Part shown: positions 27,401 to 38,903 of the stretch, piece by piece
How positions within the stretch are numbered: the first letter of the stretch is position 1
How the letters are laid out: the number at the start of each line of letters is the position of its first letter
Notes under the pieces: generated by a model
What the model was told of the DNA's origin: nothing
Database searches by the model: none
The model's input: the letters and a program-made list of their open reading frames with translations, nothing else
Program-made: the position numbers and the translations under genes
Assembly: GCF_003918875.1 (NCBI RefSeq)
Contig: NW_025767479.1
Span: 1,736,001-1,800,000 of the forward strand
Length of the DNA stretch: 64,000 nt
Source: Haliotis rubra
Taxonomy: Eukaryota
Reading direction: 5' to 3'

Positions 27401-30363
27401 GTTGGCAATGAAGTGTGCACCCCCCCCCCCCCCCTTTCTCAATAGTGTGCACCTCCCTTTCTCAAAAAGCTGTATCCGCCCCTGGTGACTAAAGTGATAT
27501 GCTTCAACGCTACCTAACTTTACGCTCCAATTTTAGCATTGAATCACCCGTGTACATCCTTTCACTGATAAATTAATAAATTACAGAACGGCCATGGGTG
27601 ACGTCATCTGTCTAATGTTTAGTACTCGTGTCTGGAGTAACCTTCCGCTAAGTCAGTTCTTTCTTTTGAACTGGAAAGACGAGATGGTAATGCAATGCAA
27701 TAAGGTAAAAGAACGTTTCTTAAACACTCTAAAACCGTGAAATATCGACACAAACGTAAGTGAATTTGACTAAAGCTAAACCAAATCAGTAAATTGCTAT
27801 CANNNNNNNNNNNNNNNNNNNNNNNNNNNNNNNNNNNNNNNNNNNNNNNNNNNNNNNNNNNNNNNNNNNNNNNNNNNNNNNNNNNNNNNNNNNNNNNNNN
27901 NNNNNNNNNNNNNNNNNNNNNNNNNNNNNNNNNNNNNNNNNNNNNNNNNNNNNNNNNNNNNNNNNNNNNNNNNNNNNNNNNNNNNNNNNNNNNNNNNNNN
28001 NNNNNNNNNNNNNNNNNNNNNNNNNNNNNNNNNNNNNNNNNNNNNNNNNNNNNNNNNNNNNNNNNNNNNNNNNNNNNNNNNNNNNNNNNNNNNNNNNNNN
28101 NNNNNNNNNNNNNNNNNNNNNNNNNNNNNNNNNNNNNNNNNNNNNNNNNNNNNNNNNNNNNNNNNNNNNNNNNNNNNNNNNNNNNNNNNNNNNNNNNNNN
28201 NNNNNNNNNNNNNNNNNNNNNNNNNNNNNNNNNNNNNNNNNNNNNNNNNNNNNNNNNNNCATCGTATCTTATAGTCAATCCTGTGAAGTTAAATATTTTA
28301 ATTCGGTGGGTTTGCTTGGTATGTTTTTTCTTAATCCTAAGTAGAGGCATCACCTGACACAATGGGCGGCCGTGAGGATCACATCTTTCCTTATAATGGA
28401 GCCTCCACACATGCTGATAACGGCCTGTTCATCTACGACGTTCACTGTCCATGGGAACTCCCTCTCCTCCGCGTCGACACCACCGACAACACGTGGCATG
28501 GCGTATAGGGATGCTCTTCCTGTCACGCGGCTCTCCCCGCATGCCGGTCCTGAATAAAACCAGACATATGACCTAAAACAATGTCAACATAATGTAGCTA
28601 ACTTATCCCTTTGAATATTTATGCGTTGTTGAAGGACAATGCTTTTATGGTAAAGGTTTCCGCTTTTTGTGTATGTAGTGCTCATTGTTTCTAAAGGTAG
28701 TGCATGGAAAGTTGTACGTTTGATATAATAGTCATAAAATTAACTATTTATCACGTGCTAATATATTCTTTCAGTAGGGTGAATATGATTACAGTGATTT
28801 ACAGTCTGTTTGCAGTGAACACGTACCGATGAATTTCACTTTAAACTAAAAAGTAAATAAAATAAAGTAAAATTAAGATTGCGAATCCTCATAATTTTAC
28901 CTTGCCAATTGGACATTTAAATCTGAGAATTTTATTTCACTTAGGATAAAAGTTGTTTAACAAACGATCATAGTTTTAAATCGCTATTATTAGTTTGAAT
29001 TACCAGGGGATATGCAAATTAAATGAAACACCGAAAACAAGGAGGGTTGGTCTAAATTAACGCTCATCACGTACTGCACGTGCATTTGTTTCACTGTTCA
29101 ATCTACTGCACTTACCCCCTTGTAATACAAACCAATAATAGCGATTTGAATCTATGATCATTTGTTAAGAAACTTTTATCCTAAGTTAAATAAAATTCTG
29201 AGATTTAAATGTCCAATTGGCAAGGTAAAATTATGAGGATTCGCAATCTTAACTTCACTTTATTTGATTTACTTTTTAGTTTAAAGTGAAATTCATCGGT
29301 ACGTTTTCACTGCAAACAGACTAATACATTTTCTACACACATCAAATTGAGGACATGAAGTTTGAATAAACATTTTCATGATAATTATACGAATTGTAGT
29401 AGCGAGTGAGTATGGTTTTATGCCTCCTTTAGCAATATTCCAGCAATATCACGGCGGGGGACACCAGAAATAGCCTCACACAGTGTACCCATGTGGGGGA
29501 ATCGAACCCGGGTCTTTGGCATGACGAGCGAACGCTTTAACCACTAGGCTACCCAACCGCTCGGCAAAACAATTGTAACTATATGTGCGAACATTTGATT
29601 AGCGACATGCTATGGAACCTATTGTGTCTGTAACTAGAGAAATAGACACAAGAAAAAAAAACATGTTGGGGTAAATCATGAAGTTATACATATCTTATCC
29701 GTCAACACCTGAAACTAACGGTAATTGATGTAACTAATGTGGTTAATATGCTTAAATACATTACCAGTATTTCTCTGAATGTTGAAATCAGTACAGTTGT
29801 AGTATCCAAACAATACAGGGCAGAGTAGAGAGGAGGCGAAACAGTTCAGTAAAGAATTACAGAAAGCTGCTCTGTCTTGGGCGGCTGAAATATATGAAAG
29901 ACCATTAAACCACTTTTCACAGTGTCATTACTTCAGTCAAATGTGCTTCACACAATGGATGGGTATATTAACCCGGGTCTAGACATGATCCCGGGAATAG
30001 TGCATTGTCGTTTTGGCTTTTTTAAATAAGAGAAAAAAGACTCCATTGTTGTTAGGGCAAATCACATCCATTGTAATCACACGCACGCACGCACACAAAA
30101 ACGCTCCCGCGCACTCACATACACGCACAAACACGCACGCACACACAAACACGCAAACTCANNNNNNNNNNNNNNNNNNNNNNNNNNNNNNNNNNNNNNN
30201 NNNNNNNNNNNNNNNNNNNNNNNNNNNNNNNNNNNNNNNNNNNNNNNNNNNNNNNNNNNNNNNNNNNNNNNNNNNNNNNNNNNNNNNNNNNNNNNNNNNN
30301 NNNNNNTAAGAAGCTCACAATGGTAACACGTAAAAACACGCCTCTTCTTATACTCAAAGTCAT
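24454..30363 (-). CDS. SP3: secreted trypsin-like serine protease (S1A) with 4-Cys N-terminal module; 7 exons; +1 frameshift in Asp exon; first exon runs into a gap
   Basis: Exons: <=30307-30363 [19 protein letters not shown](gap); 29765-29884 Cys module; 28354-28549 PACG..AMPR|VVGG..TAAHC; 26767-26885; 25717-25864 DNDIAVV (148 bp vs 147 in SP1/SP2); 24987-25147 ..IDACS; 24454-24609 [21 protein letters not shown]. Confidence 0.88.
27317..27484. mobile_element. Short GC-rich non-autonomous DNA element (hAT-like CAGGGGCGGAT termini)
   Basis: cataggcggatgcag ... ctgtatccgcccctg imperfect TIRs; no TSD recognisable. Confidence 0.5.
28802..29323. mobile_element. MITE with about 205-bp TIRs (CAGT terminus, Tc1/mariner-like) in an SP3 intron
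   Basis: 28803-29010 is an inverted repeat of about 29116-29322; preceded by TA; no coding capacity. Confidence 0.85.
29403..29560 (-). mobile_element. SINE family A
   Basis: Reverse complement of the consensus. Confidence 0.9.
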
Positions 30364-31260
30364 TTCTTGGTCCCGTAGTTCACAATATCAGATCATATTT
30401 TCTCATCTGCTGTGGATATGACCGAAACCCCAGAACAAAGACCCGTTTCTGCTTACAATTTCAGCTCAGTAAACCAAGCCTTAAAATAACACTATCGTAT
30501 GTTTACGAACTCATTGATACCCACTCAAATCCGGGTTCTTATCAAAAGCAATTAACGGGAGAGCGTCAGCTGAGATCTGTCAAGCTGCACGCTTTGAAGT
30601 ATGTACCCAGGTAACAAGCGGGCAATTGAACCTTGAAGCTAATGATTGTTTGAAACAAACTACAAAGAATTATGCTAAGACATTGGTGTGCGCATAGATT
30701 ATTTGTAGTTCATAACAGCATTCAGTCGTTAGGTAACGAGGACAAATCCTATCGAAATACACCTATGCTAGCATATGCAGTTTTGCTTACGTCATGTTTA
30801 GTCAGGATTAACGTGAGACAACACAAGCCTTTCGAATACCTTCCATGATTCTAAATGCAGCGACACTGGTGATTATCCACCGTTATAAAACACGTTCTTA
30901 CTTTAGCGGAGTCGTGTCTGGTCGAGACTCGAGTGTTTACAAACCAGATAATACAGCTGTAACACTGACGAAACACATGCATAGTATATACAGTCAGAAT
31001 TGTACAATCGACTCTTAGCAGAGTTTTCCTGTGGATACGTTTTTTCCTTTCCAGGAATCGTGTTTAGTCTTTGTCAATAGGCATTCTCGTTTATATATAT
31101 TTGATTTTAAAAAGAGCTTCTCATTTCGATGTCTTTATATACTGTCAAATGCTTAAAGCTGAATATCCTTCTGTAACGTGATACAATGAGGTGTAATGTT
31201 CAAATGTTCTGCAAAAGATTTCTTAGAATTTAATATTTTAATTTTATACAGGATGGGTAG

Positions 31261-31422
31261 CAATGATGATAATTTATGGATATACAACTTCTTTATTATG
31301 TGAAAGGCAACGTTTTGACATAAATTCTAATGTCGTTGTCAAGCACTTGCTTCACTTTAAGCTCTGAAATTATCATCATTCTTCATCACCTCAACTTCTA
31401 AAATGCCCATCAAAGAAGAAAA
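31261..31422. mobile_element. Penelope-like retroelement remnant (inverted pLTR fragments), 11-bp TSD
   Basis: TSD aggatgggtag at 31250-31260 and 31423-31433; internal inversion; cttgacaacgac..gtcaaaacgtt motif on the minus strand. Confidence 0.6.
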
Positions 31423-31918
31423 AGGATGGGTAGTTCAAAGTACCCTGGACATAGATATCTGAAGTCATGATCATGGGCAGTTTGTCAGACCAGTGGAAAT
31501 TTATTTCAACCTCACTTATAGGTATAAATTATACATTTCATTGCCTGCTTTAGATAACTGCTCAAACCATCATGATACTGTGAAAAAGATAATGACCTAT
31601 TTGAAAAATCTGTTTTGGAGATTTTTTAGGTATATTCCGTGGCCCAATGATCCAATGCACTGAATTTCACTACCACATAATCTCATCTATTATTCCTTTA
31701 GATTTTTGTCATTAACAATCGCAGCTTTTAGAGACGAGTATTATATATCTCAGCCATATAAAACCTTAAAAATATTATTTACTTTCCTTTTGTATGAAAA
31801 ATCACATGTTCGTAGACGGAAGAAATACATTGCCACGGATATATGACAACAACATTCATTTCTAAAGATTAATTATAGTTACATTCCCGATGTATATGTG
31901 TTAAATTCTGTCGTAAAA

Positions 31919-34900
31919 ATGCTTCTGTCCTTTTGCATCTTAACAGGTAAGAAATACTTGATGATGGTGATTTGGAAACATATATAATGCGTATTTCGCT
32001 CACGGGACACAGTAGTAGTAAACTGCTTATTAAAGTGTCACATGCACAACATTTACAGTAAAATACAATTCACATATAACAATTTAAAGGAAGTGCGTCC
32101 AGCCATACATGGGCTTACGAGACACTATAAATACATTATAACTAGATTAATGGTATACACATAATGATATATAATATGGGAGATAGATATTTAGGCAGAT
32201 CGTAGATAAGACACGCTAATAACAACAACAGACTCCTCGATGAAACAACAAATTCTTATAGTAATCATAATTTTAGTACACATACATCAGACATAATTGC
32301 AATAGATAGAATATAAAAAGAAATAACTACAAAAAAGAAATTATGTCTTTAAAAAAGACACATGCTAAAGACATTTTTATAGTTGACACTTCCATTAAAT
32401 TTAATTCTTTAATTTACCGCTCAATTTTGACTCAATAGATATCTGTGTGTTCACATGCTTCCTTTGATCTTAATTGTACTTTGATTAAAAACACAACCGA
32501 TTAGCCTTTAAGACCTACCCTGTGTATGTTGACCCAGGTACAACATACAAAAGCCATGGAGTGAGAATCAGACAGGATCATCCTGTGAAGCAATGTTGAG
32601 GGGCCAACTATCTTGAATAATGCGATTCCTTCTTGTCATCAGTCTATTGTTCTGTTCATGTAATTGTTTTCCTGCACAAAGAATTGAAGGTATGTGAATG
32701 TTATAATGCATTAATTATCTTCCAATATGTAATTGCATGTGACAGAGCTACAGAATGAAAATATGCCACAATATTTATGTAATTTTCAGCATAAACTGCT
32801 TTGCCTTGTGTTGTTCCTTCCAACAAATATTTACATTGATAGTTAATTGTTCCGCTTGGGTATGATATAAAGTGTATTGCGAAAAATTAACGATGCACGT
32901 ATTCTACTTGCTAGAGGGTAATGAGTTTGATTGTACTTTCATGTAATTATCTTTTGGAAAATAGTACTTTTGTCAGTCTTTAATCATAATGTAGCGTAGG
33001 TTTTATGCCGATTGCTAAGTAAGTAAAGTTTGAAAAAAACACCTGCATCTTTAATTACTTTACTGTCTGTTAACTAAAATTACTAACAATAAATAAACAA
33101 CATCAGTTGCAATGGACATAATACTATTTAAGTGAAACGTTTATGTAGGGAAAATATTATGCCTAAACTATCTTTAGGATAAAGAAATTTTCTTTGCGTC
33201 AACAATCAAGGATCTAATTTATTAATTATTTTATGAAGAGTTGTGCAGGATCCTGACCAATCTCCGTCATGATGCGCATTCCCAACAACTGTCTGACATT
33301 CTTGACTGTGATAAAATGTGTAAGTACATTCATACCATCATCACAGTACTTTTATTCAAACTGGATGTTGTTTTAAAGTGATGAAAGATGATATTTCAAA
33401 ATTGACAATGCTTTAGACAGGAAATATTAATGAGAATTAGTTAACATACTAATTCAGTCATATTGTTATGTCATGTATATTTTATACATCTATCATATTT
33501 CTTCATAATTGTTTTTGAACATACACGAGTGTATGGTGATATATGAAAAATATTTTTGTACCTTTGTACCATTTCGTCGAAATATAACATCAATAGATCA
33601 GGTACCTTCTGGTCCGTTGTATTTCGAACTTACAACATGCAGTGCACTTCATTTAAACTATGTAATAAATTTAAACATATATTGTTTTCCAGTATCGTCA
33701 TGTGGTACAGTGCAGAACAGAAAGTGTCCTCAACCATGGATAGTTCTAGTTCGTGACAAGAAAAGGAATGCTGATATGTGTGTTGGAACGTTAATAGACG
33801 AGAGACATGTCATCACTGCTGCCCATTGCTTCAATCAAAGGTACGAACCTCACACAACATTTTAACTTCTGATCGGGGGTGGGGGTGGGGGGAGTGGGGG
33901 TGGACTTACATAATTGGCAGGCGGTCCTAACAACCCATCAAATGACATCTGCTGGGTAGAGGACGGCCGCTTGTCTTTAATGTATGGTCACCCTTTAATG
34001 TATGTTTTNNNNNNNNNNNNNNNNNNNNNNNNNNNNNNNNNNNNNNNNNNNNNNNNNNNNNNNNNNNNNNNNNNNNNNNNNNNNNNNNNNNNNNNNNNNN
34101 NNNNNNNNNNNNNNNNNNNNNNNNNNNNNNNNNNNNNNNNNNNNNNNNNNNNNNNNNNNNNNNNNNNNNNNNNNNNNNNNNNNNNNNNNNNNNNNNNNNN
34201 NNNNNNNNNNNNNNNNNNNNNNNNNNNNNNNAATGATGGCGAATTCAGTTTCTTATATTTTCCACGCACGCTGAAGTGTATTTGTTATTGGAGCGGTATA
34301 TGTATATGATGGAATGTGAATTTACGAGTTTTCATGCATTTTACCAGCCCTTCCAAATTCACAACTCCTTAAAGATTTTCAATGTCATTTTACATTTACT
34401 AAAAAGTAATTCTCCATGAGAAAATCAAGCTGCTTACTTAACAGGAGATAGAAAAACCTCAAAAATATAATTTCTGTCAAATCCGATTGGCAAAATACAG
34501 TCATGTTATAAGCAATGCATGTCTACATAATTATAAAACATTATGCTTGACGCTTCACTTTTTACTTTTCACCAGTAGAGAACAGATGGTTTCCACAATG
34601 TATATTTTATGGAATATGTTTATAAAACAAGATGCAGATTCCTGATTGTCGTTGTAAGGTACTACCTCCCTGATGATGTCCATGTCGGTATGGGTTCACA
34701 AGCGAATGGACAGCTTACCTACATAGACTTGAAATCCTTCACGCGTCACCCGAAATTCAGGAGCACTGGTTTACCAAGTAAGTTCTCACAGTACCTTTTC
34801 TATAATCACACTAAATCGTTCCTAAAAGCGGAGTCGATTACACAATTCTTTTATCTTAAAAGTATATGTTCACGAATCACTATCAAACAGTATAAATATC

Positions 34901-37900
34901 GGGTGTTACTCAAAGATACCCTCCTAGATATTTAATCCATTCATAAGCCTCTAGGATTTTTATGAGGAATCTATTACCACGGAAACCTACTTTTTGTTTG
35001 TTCAGAAAGGTGACGACATGTTTAACGGACGCCATGTCATAGAATGAAATATTTCTACAATGTGGGAATTAATCTAAAGATACCTAACTGACAAAAGTAA
35101 TACACAGTGAATGTACATTCTGTTAAACCGAAAATGAATAGTTAATGCATATATTTATGGAGTGCCAACAATTTACAGAACTGTGGTCAAAATCTGAACA
35201 TTTCATAACAATATTTTGACAATTCATTTTGACAAAGACTTAATTCTGTGTTGCTTTACACCAAGGTTCCATAAGGTATATATTTTGTTTATATCAATTA
35301 TGAAAATTTAATCTCATTCATATCTAAAATTCTCAAAACATAAAAGTGGAAAAATCAGTTGCCATAAGAAACTATCTTACGAAGGGAATTGACACATTAA
35401 AATTGTATTAGAATACTGCTGTCCTTGCATTATCCACTGATCTGTACATCTAAACTGAACGCCAAAATAGATGTTACACCTCTGAACATTAGAATATCCT
35501 TAAAGATACCTAACTGACAAAAGTAATACGCAGTGAATGTACATTCTGTTAAACCGAAAATGAATAGTTAATGCATGCATTTATGGAGTGCCAACAATTT
35601 ACAGAACTGTGGTCAAAATCTGAACATTTCATAACAATATTTTGACAATTCATTTTGACAAAGACTTAATTCTGTGTTGCTTTACACCAAGGTTCCATAA
35701 GGTATATATTTTGTTTATATCAATTATGAAAATTTAATCTCATTCATATCTAAAATTCTCAAAAACATATAAGTGGAAAAATCAGTTGCCATAAGAAACT
35801 ATCTTACGAAGGGAATTGACACATTAAAATTGTATTAGAATACTGCTGTCCTTGCATTATCCACTGATCTGTACATCTAAACTGAACGCCAAAATAAATG
35901 TTACACCTCTGAACATTAGAATATTCTAAAAATGTTAGATGGATAGAAGTCTTTGGTTTGGTATGTTTTAACAACCAATCATGTAACTCTATTGAGTCAA
36001 AACATCAGACTGAGGAATTCATTGATAATTAGGATATCGACATGTTTGTTTAGGTGGGGTGCATTGTCCTATTTTCAATCATGTAAAAATTCAAATCAAA
36101 AGTGTAAAAAACAGTTAAAAATGGGTCCAAATGATATTGTTTATGATGATAATTCATGCACATTCACAAAGAGTGATAAAGTTGGGTTTTGGATATGAAA
36201 GAATGGTTGTTTACCGTAAAAAGGGACCCAATGCTGAAATTGGATTTTTGTCTCTTTAAAACACATTCCAACCACTTGAGGTTTAATTTTTGGATCATCA
36301 TGACTTTCGACTGTTTTAGGAAGAGTCGTCAAACGAGAAAAGACTAATTTTTTCCCTTAGATACTGTAAAATTTTGCCTATTTCTGTCCTTGTATAAGGA
36401 AGCATAACGCCAAAACGTACCCATTGTAACTTCACCTTGCATGAAATGCACGTGAAAACTGTTGGAAACGGGTATATAAGGCCCCTAGATTTATCATTTC
36501 ACACCATACATTCACTACAATGCCGAGATTAACAGCAGAAGAGCGGGAGAGGGCCATTGGAATGCTGCAGACTGGGTCGACTGATCGGGAAGTGGCTGCT
36601 GCATTCGGGTGTCATCGCCTCACCATTCTAAGGCTGCGTCAGCGATTCCAGAATACTGGCACAACAAGAGACAGACCCAGAAGCGGGAGGCCACCAGTTA
36701 CAACCACTTCCCGATCAGTCGACCCAGTCTGCAGCATTCCAATGGCCCTCTCCCGCTCTTCTGCTGTTAATCTCGGCATTGTAGTGAATGTATGGTGTGA
36801 AATGATAAATCTAGGGGCCTTATATACCCGTTTCCAACAGTTTTCACGTGCATTTCATGCAAGGTGAAGTTACAATGGGTACGTTTTGGCGTTATGCTTC
36901 CTTATACAAGGACAGAAATAGGCAAAATGTTACAGTATCTAAGGGAAAAAATTAGTCTTTTCTCGTTTGACGACTCTTCCTAAAACAGTCGAAAGTCATG
37001 ATGATCCAAAAACTAAACCTCAATTGGTTGGAATGTGTTTTAAAGAGACAAAAATCCAATTTCAGCATTGGGTCCCTTTTTACGGTAAACAACCATTTTT
37101 TCATATCCAAAACCCAACTTTATCACTCTTTGTGAATGTGCATGAATTATCATCATAAACAATATCATTTGGACCCTTTTTTAACTGTTGTTTTGCTCTT
37201 TTGATTTGAATTTTTACATGATTGAAAATAGGACAATGCACCCCACCTAAACAAACATGTCGATATCCTAATTATCAATGAATTCCTCAGTCTGATGTTT
37301 TGACTCAATAGAGTTACATGATTGGTTGTTAAAACATACCAAACCAAAGTCTTCTATCCATATAACATTTTAGGATATTCTAATGTTGAGTGGTGTATTA
37401 TTTCTTTTGGTGTTCAGATTATAAAACAGTTGTACTGACTAATAAAGAGAAATAAGAATATACCAGGTGTTCGCAAAAAGCTAAACGTACCCGTCCCTGT
37501 CATGCGTTGATACAATCTACACAATAATGTTCAGATAATGTGATTCTGTTAGAACATGTAGACCTCACTGGCACGGTTGATCCATGAAGACATGTCAGTT
37601 ATATGCGCATTTCTAAAAGGGTTAATGTAGTGCCTGCGCCATGTTTCAGAAGACGACCTGGCAGTTCTTACCTTGCAGAGGAAGGTTCGGTTTGAGCCAT
37701 GTGTTCAACCAATATGTATTCCTGGAATAGCAAGCAATCCTGAAAAAGGGAGACCTGGTCACAGTCGTAGGATTTGGGCGTAAGAAGATTTTATTATACC
37801 CGATAGCATTGCAAGCATGAAAACGTTTCTGTCAGTTGTTCAATTCATCTCCAGTTACTATAGCCCGTGTTTTATACTGTATTGTCCTCTTTAATTGAAA

Positions 37901-38903
37901 TGTTTTAGCTTTGCTCACTAGTTTTATTCATATCTGTGATTATCTAGTATTTTTACTGTCCATCGTCGACAGGTTTTAATCTTCAAAACGTTTTTCTCTT
38001 TATATTGTATAAATTGTTTTCGTCACGATATGGCTGAGATATTGCCGATGTGACGTTAAATAATAACTCACTCACTCACTCATCTCCAGTTATTTTCCCG
38101 TTTAAACTGAAATATAAAAAAGGGAAATAACTAAAGAAAGTATAGTCTATGATAAGAATGGAATTTAAATGTTTCTTCTATTTTTCTATCTCTGTTTATG
38201 GGATACATTTATTTACTGGTGCTTCCAGCCTTGCTGTGTACTGTTTTGGCCTGAGTCAAACTTCAAGTGTATCCATAATTTTGATCGCATATTTAAATGA
38301 TATTTTAATATAGTATGACTTTTATCTAATGCTGTAAGGTTTTTGGAACAAAGGAAGAGCAAGATTGCAGTCAGCTGTGGTGCCAGTAATTAGTCGTAAG
38401 CAGTGTGGATGGATCTACCCAGAAATGATGTCACTGCAACATTCGATCTGCGCTGGATTGGGTTCCAGCATAATTTCATCAGTCTGTCACGTAAGGAATA
38501 CATTATGTCTCATTAATGATAAAATAAGAGGCACATGGGTACAATGTGTGAAGCCCATTTCTGGTGTCCCCCACCGTGATATTGCTGGAATATTGCTAAA
38601 AGCTGCGTAAAACTAAACTAAGTCAGTCTGTCATTCGTTAATAGCATATGTACAGGTTTTTTTTATATATCTGGGGTAATAATTATTAGATAAATTTTCA
38701 GATTATTTTTACATTATAGCGTACCATTAACATTAAACATAATTTTACAATTGCAGGACAACTCAGGAGCCCCGATGATCCTTCAGCGAGAAAATAAGTG
38801 GTTTCTGTACGGGATCAGCACGTCACACCGAAGCTGCACAGACGCTGTGTCTGTATACACTGATATTCCTCATTATGCATCCTGGATCAGCGGTGTTAAA
38901 TAA
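31919..38903 (+). CDS. SP4: atypical serine-protease homolog lacking the activation motif (CHDNSGAP); 7 exons; +1 frameshift in Asp exon
   Basis: Exons: 31919-31946 (tentative, MLLSFCILT); 33239-33319 (2-Cys module, tentative); 33693-33840 SCGTVQNRKCPQPW..TAAHC; 34659-34777; 37650-37779 DDLAVL..PICIP..VVGFG (extra base in A5G3 at 37743-37750); 38339-38490 LQSAVVP..ICAG..SVCH; 38757-38903 DNSGAPMIL..W.LYGI..SVY..WISGVK*. Confidence 0.82.
35075..35925. repeat. Direct tandem duplication of about 426 bp
   Basis: 35075-35500 repeated at 35501-35925 with few differences. Confidence 0.9.
35880..37420. mobile_element. Foldback Tc1 derivative: about 715-bp inverted arms with about 108-bp spacer, in an SP4 intron
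   Basis: 35882-36595 is the reverse complement of 36704-37417; centre encodes transposase N-terminus MPRLTAEERERAIGML..RPRSGRPPVTT (from 36520). Confidence 0.88.
37858..38079 (+). mobile_element. 3' end of a retroelement (probable LINE 3' UTR) with (ctca)n tail and 13-bp TSD
   Basis: TSD tcatctccagtta at 37845-37857 and 38080-38092; terminal stem-loop related to the SINE tails. Confidence 0.7.
38533..38625 (+). mobile_element. SINE family A, 5'-truncated
   Basis: cacatgggtacaatgtgtgaagccc..tail. Confidence 0.8.

Noticed and set aside
27619-28410. Long ORFs spanning N runs (also near 8.2, 30.2, 34.0 and 50.1 kb)
   Set aside because: Artefacts of assembly gaps; only the 8394-8513 and 30307-30363 parts are real exons.
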